From positions 1-62,541 of the forward strand of contig CAILJQ010000115.1 of assembly GCA_903834625.1 (NCBI GenBank): DNA of 62,541 nt, written 5' to 3'. Positions 1-9,668 of this stretch are shown piece by piece. The stretch comes from an uncultured Bacteroidota bacterium. GTDB lineage: Bacteria > Bacteroidota > Bacteroidia > UKL13-3. Each line of letters begins with the position of its first letter. The first letter of the stretch is position 1. A program made the position numbers and the translations under genes. Below the pieces are notes generated by a model. The model made no database searches, was not told where the DNA came from, and worked only from the letters and a program-made list of their open reading frames with translations.

Positions 1-359
1 ATTTTGTGTGCGCGTCTAATGGCTCTTACATATCTATTGTTCCAATGTGTAAACAGCTTAAAGCGCTGATGAATGATTATTTCATGCACAAAAAAGTAGG
101 CCAGTCCATACAAAGAGATTCCAATGCCAATAAATAATCTGGAATCATTTTCCATGATTCCAGTTACATAACAATAGGCACTTGGAATGGCAAATATTAA
201 AAAGAAGGCATCGTTTTTCTCAAAGAAACCAGGCTCAACTTGGTGATGATCTTTGTGCAGGTACCACAAAAAGCCATGCATCACAAACTTATGTGCAAAC
301 CATGCCATGAATTCCATGAAACAAAAGGTGAGCAGAATAATTATTACGGGTATCAACAT
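1..359 (-). CDS. crtZ: Beta-carotene 3-hydroxylase (sterol desaturase/fatty acid hydroxylase family), runs off the window edge
   Basis: Not in the ORF track. Manual translation from ATG at 359: MLIPVIIILLTFCFMEFMAWFAHKFVMHGFLWYLHKDHH...EKNDAF...FFVHEIIIHQRF, containing the CrtZ His boxes; adjacent to a cruF-like gene. Confidence 0.9.
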   Translation of the reverse strand, partial: MLIPVIIILLTFCFMEFMAWFAHKFVMHGFLWYLHKDHHQVEPGFFEKNDAFFLIFAIPSAYCYVTGIMENDSRLFIGIGISLYGLAYFFVHEIIIHQRFKLFTHWNNRYVRAIRRAHK

Positions 360-413
360 ATACAATAAACTTATTAAATCGTTTTTGGTTTGCCTGTGGC
401 TTAAATAATTGGT

Positions 414-1067
414 TCAGACCAAAAAGTTAAGCAATAAAAAGAACATGAATTGAGCAGCATATACTCTAATGGCCATGGGATTGGTTTTTAACAAGCCACC
501 TTTTAACATCCAATAACTAAAAGCAAATCCAAAGAAGAACCAAGCGGTATAGTTTTGTACTGGAATATTATTCCCTTCCCAACTCCAATAATCAAGTTTT
601 GGGGCCATTGGCTCAATAAGAAAGTCTAATAAAACCATTAAAGCTGCTGAAAGCAGGGCGCCTGTTACCTCATGAAGTTTTATTTTGAAATATATGGCAA
701 TGGCATTGCTTACATGTAAACAAGAATAGGTAACAATGATCCAATTTAAGCCAATAATAATTGGGGTTTGGTTCAATTTTGGTCCAAGGGCTTCGCCATA
801 AGTATACATTCCAAAAATGGTTCCTGTGGTAACACCTATCATTTCCAGAAACCAGGCAGCGGTGAAAACCATGAGCAGGTTAACGTAAAATAATATGTCC
901 TTTTCTGGGTGGGGAAAGAATAGGATAAACGCGCTCAATAACAAATTGAGTGGGGTTAAAGGAGAAAATGTTTGCGGGGCTATTAACATACCAACTATCC
1001 CTACTGTATAAAATACAATAAGGATAGTTGTAAGTTGGTTAGTTCTATCTTTAAGCCAAAATTGCAT
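414..1067 (-). CDS. cruF: Carotenoid biosynthesis membrane protein, CruF/DUF422 (carotenoid 1,2-hydratase-like)
   Basis: Multi-TM protein with ExxGVxTGxIFGxYxYG, IGLNW, DFLIEP and PxQNYxAW motifs; next to crtZ. Confidence 0.8.
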   Translation of the reverse strand: MQFWLKDRTNQLTTILIVFYTVGIVGMLIAPQTFSPLTPLNLLLSAFILFFPHPEKDILFYVNLLMVFTAAWFLEMIGVTTGTIFGMYTYGEALGPKLNQTPIIIGLNWIIVTYSCLHVSNAIAIYFKIKLHEVTGALLSAALMVLLDFLIEPMAPKLDYWSWEGNNIPVQNYTAWFFFGFAFSYWMLKGGLLKTNPMAIRVYAAQFMFFLLLNFLV

Positions 1068-1109
1068 GCTGCAAATTAAACAGAACTAAAGATAATTAGT
1101 TTGCTGTTG

Positions 1110-1937
1110 TTATTTTAATTTGGCGGTAGTTGGGTTTTTGAGGTTGGCATAACCAATAAGCTCTGCTTTGATTGAACCAACAAATATGTCGCTTTCAACC
1201 ATTAAAGGCACTTTGTTTTCATCATCACTTACCCAAAGGGTTAGGGCTTCATCATCTTTAAATACACGACCTTTTATTAATTGAGGCTTAATGACCAATG
1301 CCTTAAAAGTTCCAACATCGGTTTTAACGGTTTCTCTACCAACAAATTTAAAGCGTAACTGAAAGTTTTCGGCATCCATATAAAAGTTCACAGGGAAGAT
1401 GTCGCCAATTCTGGCATTCGACATATCGGTAGTTCTAGCAAAGTAAATAGCAGAAACAACATCTTGTGTTTGTTGGGCAATATCTACTTTGCCTCTTCGG
1501 CTAGTAGCGAAACCATTTACTTGATCGAATAAAATGAAATCACTATCAGTATAACCACCTTCTTTCACCTTTTTGATACATTTCCATGGAATAATGGCCT
1601 CTTCATCAACGTAACTCTCGTAAGTATCACGAACTTTAAACATAACATCCACCATACCTGCAGATTTTCCATCTACTTTTATGTGATATGCTTTTCGGTT
1701 ATTTACTTCCACGGGTTTGGAAGCAACCTCAAAATGTGCGTGACCGCCAGTTAGAGGTCCATAATGAATTCTATAGTCTAATTTTTCGCCATAGGTAAAG
1801 GCTGTATTTTTCACTTTTTTTATTTCGTGAACCTTTACTTTTTTCTCCGCTGGCATTTCTGGTGCCATGATTGCTTGGGCTGAAAGGAAAATGGAAGCCC
1901 CAACAAAGAGATGCGATAAAAAATACTTGCTTTTCAT
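1110..1937 (-). CDS. DUF3108 domain-containing secreted protein
   Basis: Signal peptide; GEKLDYRIHYG, FKVRDTYESY and LWVSDDENKVP motifs. Confidence 0.8.
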   Translation of the reverse strand: MKSKYFLSHLFVGASIFLSAQAIMAPEMPAEKKVKVHEIKKVKNTAFTYGEKLDYRIHYGPLTGGHAHFEVASKPVEVNNRKAYHIKVDGKSAGMVDVMFKVRDTYESYVDEEAIIPWKCIKKVKEGGYTDSDFILFDQVNGFATSRRGKVDIAQQTQDVVSAIYFARTTDMSNARIGDIFPVNFYMDAENFQLRFKFVGRETVKTDVGTFKALVIKPQLIKGRVFKDDEALTLWVSDDENKVPLMVESDIFVGSIKAELIGYANLKNPTTAKLK

Positions 1938-1981
1938 AATGTCTCTGGCAGTGCAAACCTTATACCAAAGTATGGAAACGT

Positions 1982-3529
1982 TTACAGGTCGAACTTAATG
2001 CCTTGTGCCAATGGTAGTTCTTTTCCGTAATTGAGTGTGTTTGTTTGCCTACGCATATAAGCTTTCCAGGCATCACTACCACTTTCTCTTCCTCCGCCTG
2101 TTTCTTTTTCACCACCAAATGCACCACCTATTTCTGCTCCGCTGGTTCCTATATTTACGTTAGCAATACCACAATCACTTCCCCAAGCACTTAAAAATTG
2201 TTCGGCTTCTAACATGTTATTGGTAAAGATGCTGGAGCTTAGGCCTTGTTTCACACCATTTTGCATTTCTATGGCCTCATCCAAATGGGTATATTTCATA
2301 AGGTATAGGATAGGAGCAAAAGTTTCTGCCTGCACAATTTGGAAGCTATTTTTTGCTTCACATATAGTTGGTTTTACATAACATCCACTTTCAAAACCTA
2401 TACCGCTCATTACTTCTGCGCCGCATAAAACGGTTCCCCCTTCTAACTTTAATTTTTCAATGGCATGTAAATAAGCATCAACGGCAGCTTTGTCAATTAA
2501 TGGTCCAACTAAATTTCCTGTAAGAGGGTTTCCAATGGTTAACTGTCCGTAGGCTTTCACCAATTTTTCTTTCACTGTATTGTATAAGCTTTCGTGAATA
2601 ATCAGTCGGCGTGTTGTTGTGCATCTTTGGCCAGCGGTTCCAACTGCACCAAATAAAACACCAACCATGGCCAAATCTAAATTGGCATTTTCAGTTAATA
2701 TGATGGCATTGTTGCCGCCTAATTCAAGTAAAGCTTTACCAAATCTTTGTGCCAAGGCCGCGCCAACCGCTTTTCCCATTCGGGTTGAACCGGTTGCAGA
2801 AACTAAAGGCACACGCTCGTCATTGCTCATCCATTCACCCACTTTATAATCCCCATTTACCAAACAAAATAATCCTTCTGGTAGGTCATTTTCTTTTATG
2901 ATGCGCGCCATAAGGTTCTGGCAGGCAACCGCAGAAAGAGGTGTTTTTTCTGAGGGCTTCCAAACACAAACATCGCCACATACTGCAGCCAGCATGCTAT
3001 TCCAGCTCCATACTGCCACTGGGAAATTGAAAGCAGAAATAATACCTACAATTCCAATAGGATGGTATTGCTCATACATGCGATGGTTAGGTCTTTCACT
3101 GTGCATGGTAAGTCCATGTAATTGCCTGCTTAAACCTACCGCAAAGTCGCATATGTCAATCATTTCTTGCACTTCACCTAAGCCTTCTTGAAGACTTTTA
3201 CCCATTTCATAACTTACCAATTGTCCGAGAGGTTGTTTATACTCCCTTAACAAGTTGCCATACTGCCTCACAATTTCACCTCTTTTAGGTGCAGGTATTT
3301 TCCTCCAAATTTTATAGGCCTCTTCAGCTTTTTGAATAACGATGTTGTATTCTGCTTCGGTTGTATAAGAAATGGTAGCAATAGCCTTTCCATCCACAGG
3401 AGAAACAATTGTTTTTTGCGTAGCATTAGGGTCAGAAAAATGATTTTGACCGGTTGATGTACCGTGGTTATGTTTGGCTATTCCTAGTTCTTGAAGGAAT
3501 GCTGTGGAGAAACTTGACGTGGTGCTCAT
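1982..3529 (-). CDS. Aldehyde dehydrogenase family 7 (antiquitin / piperideine-6-carboxylate dehydrogenase-like)
   Basis: AFNFPVAVW, LELGGNN, catalytic GTAGQRCTT and GGRESGSDAWK motifs. Confidence 0.92.
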   Translation of the reverse strand: MSTTSSFSTAFLQELGIAKHNHGTSTGQNHFSDPNATQKTIVSPVDGKAIATISYTTEAEYNIVIQKAEEAYKIWRKIPAPKRGEIVRQYGNLLREYKQPLGQLVSYEMGKSLQEGLGEVQEMIDICDFAVGLSRQLHGLTMHSERPNHRMYEQYHPIGIVGIISAFNFPVAVWSWNSMLAAVCGDVCVWKPSEKTPLSAVACQNLMARIIKENDLPEGLFCLVNGDYKVGEWMSNDERVPLVSATGSTRMGKAVGAALAQRFGKALLELGGNNAIILTENANLDLAMVGVLFGAVGTAGQRCTTTRRLIIHESLYNTVKEKLVKAYGQLTIGNPLTGNLVGPLIDKAAVDAYLHAIEKLKLEGGTVLCGAEVMSGIGFESGCYVKPTICEAKNSFQIVQAETFAPILYLMKYTHLDEAIEMQNGVKQGLSSSIFTNNMLEAEQFLSAWGSDCGIANVNIGTSGAEIGGAFGGEKETGGGRESGSDAWKAYMRRQTNTLNYGKELPLAQGIKFDL

Positions 3530-3550
3530 TTTAGGTTCAATTAGTGCTTA

Positions 3551-3558
3551 CAAAGGTA
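3551..3558 (-). promoter_or_regulatory. Bacteroidota sigma-70 -7 box (TACCTTTG) for the ALDH gene
   Basis: Exact TAnnTTTG 21 nt upstream of the ATG. Confidence 0.6.
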
Positions 3559-3600
3559 TTAATAAAGGCAGCCAAAACGGAGGTAGTTTTGATTTATTTT

Positions 3601-6600
3601 TTAGAGTTTGATATCGCGAAAGGCTTTAATTGGGTTTAACTTATTAAGATTAAAAACAAAGCTGATTCTGCTGAAAAAAGAGGTGTATCCCATTGTTTGC
3701 CAATAGGCGTTTACATCATCGCTATAAACCAATGGTAAGTAAATGTTTAATACATCTTTGGAAACATTTAAATATACACCTGCATTATAGGTTGCCTTCA
3801 TTTGCGCTGGGTAGTAGGTGGAAGTAACTCCAGCTACACCAACCACAGTAATGTAGCCAGCAGGTGCTTGCCAATAGCTCAAATCTGCATAAACTCCAAT
3901 AGGAACTGGAATTGGTGCAGGAATGGTAATATTGATGGCACTTAAAAAAGAATTGGTTGAACCCACAGAGGCAAAATTTCTAAACCCAGATTGGGTGTAT
4001 AATACTTGTCGGCCATACCTATTTTGCGTGGAGGTATTTCCTGGATTAGGAGGGTTAATATTTCCTAATTGCTCCATCCTACCCAACATGGCTTCTTGGT
4101 ATAAATAATCGTTGGTTCCAGAATTGCCGCCTGCTTGGAAGGCAGCCCTTTGTGAGAAGTTCATATCTCTAGAGCCCAAAACATCAGTTTGCTCAAATAA
4201 GAACCCACCTGCAAATAGCCTAATTTCAGCAGATTTTGATTTGCCTTTTTTGTAAAGGAACCTTTGTTTAATTTCTACACTTAATTTATTAAAACTAACA
4301 TTTTGAATGCCACTTTGAAGCGCCACTGAGGCTGTTCTTGGGAAAAGCACATTTCGGTCATTGAATTCGTATTTTAACTCACCAATACCTAAATGGTTCG
4401 AACCAAAATTATAAAGAATTGATCTATCTTCAGCTTGCTCATTGATCATAAAATAGGTGAGCTTGATATTTGTTTCTTTGTTGCTTCTTCGATTGTTAGG
4501 TTGAAGGTTAATTTTAACAAATGGGGCGAATTTTTCATAGTATATGTTGCCATAATAGGCTCCCCCATTTTGTAATACTTTTTGCACGGTGGTGTCTGAG
4601 GTTCCGCTGTTATAAAAAACACCTTGTGAGGCAAATCTTGCTGCATTAAAGCCTACTTGAAGGTTTCTGATTTTCCCATCTGTGTAAAAATTATGCCAAT
4701 ACGATGCATAACCATTTAAGGTGTTTTTTTCAAAACTGTAAACGGGCATAATTATATATTCATTCTTTTTCTGCGGGAATAAACTGTTGTAGAAGGCCAG
4801 TCCTAACATGCTTTTGTTGTAAACATTAAAAGCATAAACAGGGCTCCAAAACACCTGGGTGGAGTTGTCGTTTTCGAGGTTACCTAATGGTTGAAGTTTT
4901 ATTTTTTTACAGGTTGGACAATCACCCTTAATTACTTTAGAATTGTTTTGACGGTATAGGTCCAAGGTATTTTTGTTGGCGTCTATTCGGTAGATGAGGG
5001 CATCTTCAGTGTATGGGTATTTAGGCATGTTTAACTTTTTTGTTCCTGTAAAACCATCGAACCATACTGTGTGCAGAATAGAATCTTCATTTAAAATAGA
5101 AACTGCTAGAGGCGCAACCAAATTGCCGTTGTTTTTTATGGTTACAGATTCAGATGTGGCTGAAACCATCTTATAGTCTTGTTTTTGGGTCGACGCTAAA
5201 ACCCCCTCAAAAAACCAACTTAAATTTTGTTGAGTGAATGACTCTGCATGTTCTTTGAAATCGTTTGGAAGCGGGTGTTTGAATTTCCATTTTTCAAAAT
5301 AAGCCTGCATCATGTCATCAAACTTTTCTGTACCTAAATAGGTTTGTAAATACCCAAACCCAATAGGATTTTTAGCATATATGATGGCTCCATAATTGTT
5401 GTCTGTATACCTATCTGAATGCAAGTTTCCTGGCTGATCTATATTGTTTCTAGAGCTGTAATTGAACAGCATTTTAGTTTGATCAAAGCCTGAAAAAATC
5501 TTGTTGATGCTAAATGTTTGTCCGGGCTCTACCAAACCTTTTTTCTCATTGGCATTTCTGTTTTCATAATAGGTATTAAAGCTTTCATCCATCCATGGGT
5601 ATTCTCTTTCATTTGAAGCTAAAATCCCATAAAACCAATTATGGCCCACTTCATGAACAATGGTAGTTTTGTCATTACTTGCGCAATTTGTGATGGTAGG
5701 ATATTCCATTCCGCCACCTGCTTTTAAGGGTGTTATAACAACCTGTGCAATAGCGTACGGATAATTCCCTACTTTTTCTGAATAAAAGGTTACTCCTTCA
5801 TTTACTGATTCAATTCCGGTAACTTTTGATTTTTCATTTTTGGCTTTAGCAAAAATCCATGTTTCTACCACCTGACCATTACTTAAAGTTACCTCACTAT
5901 TACTTGCCATGAATTTTTCTGAGGCGAACCAAGCAAAATCATGAACTGAGTCTTGAATGAAACGAACGGTTTTTAAATCGCCTACTGCAGGATGACTTGC
6001 TGTGGCTGATTTTTTTCTTTCGAGCCACCATTCTTTTTCTGAGGGGTCTTGAGCTTGTCCGGTAGCTGCTACTAAAATGTTTTTGGGTAGCGTAATGCTC
6101 ACATCAAATTTCCCAAATTCGCTGTAAAATTCTCCCTGGTTCAAATAGGGCATAGGGTTCCAACCATTTACATCATATACTGCAGGCTTTGGATACCACT
6201 GTGTAACGCAATACACACCTTCTTCATACCCCATGCGCGAAAACACTGAAGGTAATTTTACTTTGAATGGTGTGGTAATTTCTACCTTTTCTCCTGGGTT
6301 GAGTGGATTGGCTAAATGGAGAATAGCCACATCTATGTCTTGTGTAAACTCCCAGTTCACCTTTTGGCCATTTACTTTAAAATCTAAAGAATCAATATAC
6401 CCACGTTCAGATTCGTCGGCAAAATGAAAGTTGGTATTTCCGTTTTCAAGTTCTTGTCTAGCATAGGCTGTTGTCCTGGTTTTATAAGCATTTGGCCAGA
6501 GGTGCATGTAGATGTCTGTAATTTTATCTGGACTATTATTACTGTAAGTAATTCTCTCAAAAGCACTTAAAGTATGCAGAGAGTCGTCTAGAGCCACTTG

Positions 6601-6717
6601 AATGGTATAATCAACTTTTTGCTGCCAGTTTGCCTGATTTAATTTTTTTGGCAGAGTTTGTGAGAACAAATGTGCTTGCGAGAGCGTTAACACAAGTAAT
6701 ACGAAAAATTTCTTCAT
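3601..6717 (-). CDS. M1 family zinc aminopeptidase with long C-terminal extension
   Basis: GGMEYP, HEVGHNW(x)n-WMDE (HExxH-18-E). Start moved to MKKFFVLLVL at 6717 (signal peptide) because the longer ORF overlaps the divergent TPR gene. Confidence 0.88.
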   Translation of the reverse strand: MKKFFVLLVLTLSQAHLFSQTLPKKLNQANWQQKVDYTIQVALDDSLHTLSAFERITYSNNSPDKITDIYMHLWPNAYKTRTTAYARQELENGNTNFHFADESERGYIDSLDFKVNGQKVNWEFTQDIDVAILHLANPLNPGEKVEITTPFKVKLPSVFSRMGYEEGVYCVTQWYPKPAVYDVNGWNPMPYLNQGEFYSEFGKFDVSITLPKNILVAATGQAQDPSEKEWWLERKKSATASHPAVGDLKTVRFIQDSVHDFAWFASEKFMASNSEVTLSNGQVVETWIFAKAKNEKSKVTGIESVNEGVTFYSEKVGNYPYAIAQVVITPLKAGGGMEYPTITNCASNDKTTIVHEVGHNWFYGILASNEREYPWMDESFNTYYENRNANEKKGLVEPGQTFSINKIFSGFDQTKMLFNYSSRNNIDQPGNLHSDRYTDNNYGAIIYAKNPIGFGYLQTYLGTEKFDDMMQAYFEKWKFKHPLPNDFKEHAESFTQQNLSWFFEGVLASTQKQDYKMVSATSESVTIKNNGNLVAPLAVSILNEDSILHTVWFDGFTGTKKLNMPKYPYTEDALIYRIDANKNTLDLYRQNNSKVIKGDCPTCKKIKLQPLGNLENDNSTQVFWSPVYAFNVYNKSMLGLAFYNSLFPQKKNEYIIMPVYSFEKNTLNGYASYWHNFYTDGKIRNLQVGFNAARFASQGVFYNSGTSDTTVQKVLQNGGAYYGNIYYEKFAPFVKINLQPNNRRSNKETNIKLTYFMINEQAEDRSILYNFGSNHLGIGELKYEFNDRNVLFPRTASVALQSGIQNVSFNKLSVEIKQRFLYKKGKSKSAEIRLFAGGFLFEQTDVLGSRDMNFSQRAAFQAGGNSGTNDYLYQEAMLGRMEQLGNINPPNPGNTSTQNRYGRQVLYTQSGFRNFASVGSTNSFLSAINITIPAPIPVPIGVYADLSYWQAPAGYITVVGVAGVTSTYYPAQMKATYNAGVYLNVSKDVLNIYLPLVYSDDVNAYWQTMGYTSFFSRISFVFNLNKLNPIKAFRDIKL

Positions 6718-6779
6718 TTTTCCAGATTTTATTTTTAACGAATGTTCAAAGATTTGGAAAAAAAACGGGTTTTTTGAGT

Positions 6780-6809
6780 TTTGTGTATGGGCTAAGCGAA
6801 TTAAATTTG
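6780..6809 (+). promoter_or_regulatory. Bacteroidota -33/-7 promoter for the TPR gene
   Basis: TTTG (6780-6783), 18 nt, TAAATTTG (6802-6809). Confidence 0.55.
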
Positions 6810-6828
6810 GTAAATAATTATTCTGCGT

Positions 6829-8229
6829 ATGGATGGAAATGATTTTTTGGGGGAAGAAGTTACGAGTAACGTGCAACGTTATGAGAAAATGATCCGAAAC
6901 AAAACGCGGGATTATTTTGATGCAGAGGCTATTGAAGGAATTATTGACTACTACATTCAAACTGAGAAATTAAAAAGGGCATTAGAGGCAGTGGAGTTTG
7001 GGAAGGAGATGTACCCTATGAATGTAAACTTTTGGATCAAAAATGCTGAAATCTTAATTATTCTTGAAAAGTTTGAGGAGGCAATGGTAGAGTTGGATAA
7101 AGCGGAATTGTATGAACCATATAATCCAGACCTATTTATTTTAAAGGGTGAAATCTGTTTACATAATTTTAACCACGCCGAAGCAGAGGAGTATTTTCAG
7201 AAGGCTTTACTACATACTGATGAAAGACTAGATATGCTTTTTGAGATTGCTTATGTATATGATGATAATGGCTTGTTTCTTCAAGCATCACAATATTTTA
7301 AGCAAATTATAGAGCAAGAGCCAGAGTTAGAGCAAGCTTACTATGAATTGGCGCATTGTTACGATATGTTGCTACAATATGATGATGCACTTAAATACCT
7401 TAATGTGCTTATAGACATTGATCCATACAATGTGGGCGCATGGTATAATTTAGGTGTTACATATGGCAAAATGGAAAAGCATACAGAAGCAATTGATGCG
7501 TTTGATTATTGTCTTGCCATTGAAGAGGAATACACAGTTGCTCGGTTTAATAAGGCCAATGCTTTGGTTGAATTAGATAGGTTTGAGGATGCCATTGTAG
7601 AGTACCTTGAAGTAATTAAACAAGAAGGAGGCGATAGTATTTCTTATTGCAATTTGGCTGGTTGCTATGAGCGATTGGGTAGGATTTCTGAGGCAAGACA
7701 ACAATACAAAAAAGCAGCCCAATTAAACCCAAATCTAGCCGATGCTTGGTTTGGAATAGGTGTTACACACGATAAAGAGGGACAATACAAAGAAGCCCTG
7801 CAACACTTTAAACGCGCTTGTTTGCTTGAACCCGAAAATTGTGATTTCTTGTTGGTTTTAGCCGAGTGTGAATACAAGTTGGGGTTTATTAAGGAAGCAG
7901 AAGATATTTATGCCAAACTTATTGAGTTAGACCCTGGACTCATGGAGGCATATTTGGACTGGTCGTATGTAAAATACAAAGAAGGCCACCTGCATGAAGC
8001 TGTTGAATTGCTTATGGAAGGAATGATTTTAGATCCATTATGTCACCAATATTATTACCGATTGGTGGTATACTTATATGAGCTTGGCAAAACCAATGAG
8101 GCGCAAGGCTATTTAGAAAAAGGACTTCAGTTATTCTTCTCTGATTATTTTCTCATTTTTGAAATTGCACCTAAACTACGTAAAGTACAGGCAATTACAG
8201 ATGCGATTGAGGCCCATAGACCTAACTAA
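6829..8229 (+). CDS. Tetratricopeptide repeat protein
   Basis: Successive 34-aa TPR patterns (AWYNLGVTY...A..AFDYCLAI; AWFGIG...ALQHFKRA). Confidence 0.9.
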   Translation: MDGNDFLGEEVTSNVQRYEKMIRNKTRDYFDAEAIEGIIDYYIQTEKLKRALEAVEFGKEMYPMNVNFWIKNAEILIILEKFEEAMVELDKAELYEPYNPDLFILKGEICLHNFNHAEAEEYFQKALLHTDERLDMLFEIAYVYDDNGLFLQASQYFKQIIEQEPELEQAYYELAHCYDMLLQYDDALKYLNVLIDIDPYNVGAWYNLGVTYGKMEKHTEAIDAFDYCLAIEEEYTVARFNKANALVELDRFEDAIVEYLEVIKQEGGDSISYCNLAGCYERLGRISEARQQYKKAAQLNPNLADAWFGIGVTHDKEGQYKEALQHFKRACLLEPENCDFLLVLAECEYKLGFIKEAEDIYAKLIELDPGLMEAYLDWSYVKYKEGHLHEAVELLMEGMILDPLCHQYYYRLVVYLYELGKTNEAQGYLEKGLQLFFSDYFLIFEIAPKLRKVQAITDAIEAHRPN

Positions 8230-8269
8230 ATTTGCTTTCCTTTTTTTTTCGTTTTATTTATACAAAGAA

Positions 8270-8277
8270 TACCTTTG
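8270..8277 (+). promoter_or_regulatory. -7 box (TACCTTTG) upstream of the comA-like gene
   Basis: Exact TAnnTTTG. Confidence 0.55.
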
Positions 8278-8322
8278 CTGGGCTTAAGGCGTAGTAGCTT
8301 TGGGCATTAATTTTCGTGAAAA

Positions 8323-9114
8323 ATGAAGAACTTTAAATTAAAACAAATTCCAGACCGTCCGGCAAAACCTAGAGATAAAGGATTAACCATGGTAATGGAC
8401 AAAGGGTTGAGCATTAGAGAAGCTGAAGACATGATTTCTGTAAGTGGAGAATACACAGATATTGTTAAACTTGGTTTTGGTACATCATATGTAACTCCAA
8501 GACTGGAGGAGAAAATTAAGCTATACCACGATAATGGTATCATTGTTTATTTTGGTGGTACTTTGTTTGAGGCATACATTGTAAGGAACCAATTTGAAGA
8601 TTATATCAGGTTATTAGAAAAATATGGCATGTTGCATGCAGAAATTTCTGATGGTTCTATAGAATTACCGCATGATTTAAAGTTAGATTATATTTCTAAA
8701 TTAAGTAAACATGTAACCGTTTTAAGTGAGGTTGGAAGTAAAGATGTAGAAAAAATTATTCCACCTTACCAATGGATAGAGTTGATGCAAACAGAATTAG
8801 ATGCAGGTGCATGGAAAGTAATTGCAGAAGCCAGAGAGGCAGGAAATGTGGGTGTTTACAGAAGTAGTGGAGAAGTAAGAGAAGGATTGGTTCAAGAAAT
8901 TCTTACCAAAATTCCAGAGGAGAAAATAATTTGGGAAGCACCGCAAAAGGCACAACAAACCTACTTTATTAAATTAGTTGGGGCCAATGTAAACATGGGA
9001 AATATTGCGCCAAATGATATCATTCCTTTAGAGACCTTGAGACTTGGATTGAGAAGTGATACATTCACATTCCATCTGGGAAAAGGAGCAAAATACCTTG
9101 TAAAGAAAAAGTAA
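8323..9114 (+). CDS. comA: Phosphosulfolactate synthase (ComA/HSA32 family)
   Basis: KPRxxGLTMVMDKG, DIVKLGFGT, GGTLFE, EISDG, SEVGSK, EAREAG, WEAP, LETLRLGLR. Confidence 0.88.
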   Translation: MKNFKLKQIPDRPAKPRDKGLTMVMDKGLSIREAEDMISVSGEYTDIVKLGFGTSYVTPRLEEKIKLYHDNGIIVYFGGTLFEAYIVRNQFEDYIRLLEKYGMLHAEISDGSIELPHDLKLDYISKLSKHVTVLSEVGSKDVEKIIPPYQWIELMQTELDAGAWKVIAEAREAGNVGVYRSSGEVREGLVQEILTKIPEEKIIWEAPQKAQQTYFIKLVGANVNMGNIAPNDIIPLETLRLGLRSDTFTFHLGKGAKYLVKKK

Positions 9115-9145
9115 TTTATTTTATTGCCTTTAAACAAAAGAAAGA

Positions 9146-9595
9146 ATGAGCATACAAGAACAAATTAATGCAGATGTGATTACAGCCATGAAGGCCAAAG
9201 ATGAAGTAAGTTTAAGGGCTTTACGTGGGTTAAAATCTGCCTTATTACTCGCTGCAAGTGAACCTGGCGCCAATGGGTTGGTTTCTGATGAAGCTGCCTT
9301 GAAAATATTCCAGAAACTAGCCAAGCAAAGGAAAGAGTCGCTTGAAATTTACCTTCAAAACAAACGCGAAGATTTGGCCAAGGTAGAACAAGAGGAATTA
9401 ACCGTGATTGAAAAGTATCTTCCAAAACAAATGGGGGAAGACGAGATAAAAACTATTTTGCAAGGAGTGATTGCAGAAGCTGGTGCAAGTTCTGCTGCTG
9501 ATTTTGGTAGAATGATGCCATTGGCAATGAAAGCCCTTGCTGGCAAGGCTGATGGTAAAATTATTTCTGCCGTTTTAAAGCAATTGTTGGGATAA
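9146..9595 (+). CDS. GatB/YqeY domain protein
   Basis: AMKAKD..LRALR..K, KQRKES, YLPKQM, GKADGK. Confidence 0.92.
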   Translation: MSIQEQINADVITAMKAKDEVSLRALRGLKSALLLAASEPGANGLVSDEAALKIFQKLAKQRKESLEIYLQNKREDLAKVEQEELTVIEKYLPKQMGEDEIKTILQGVIAEAGASSAADFGRMMPLAMKALAGKADGKIISAVLKQLLG

Positions 9596-9668
9596 TTTCC
9601 AACTAGGTATTTGCCATTTTTCTACATACATTTTAGTATCAGATTTTTATTGCCTAAAAAGACCCAAA

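Noticed and set aside
6718-6960. 81-aa N-terminal extension of the M1 peptidase ORF
   Set aside because: It overlaps the divergent TPR gene and its promoter; a clean signal peptide starts at 6717
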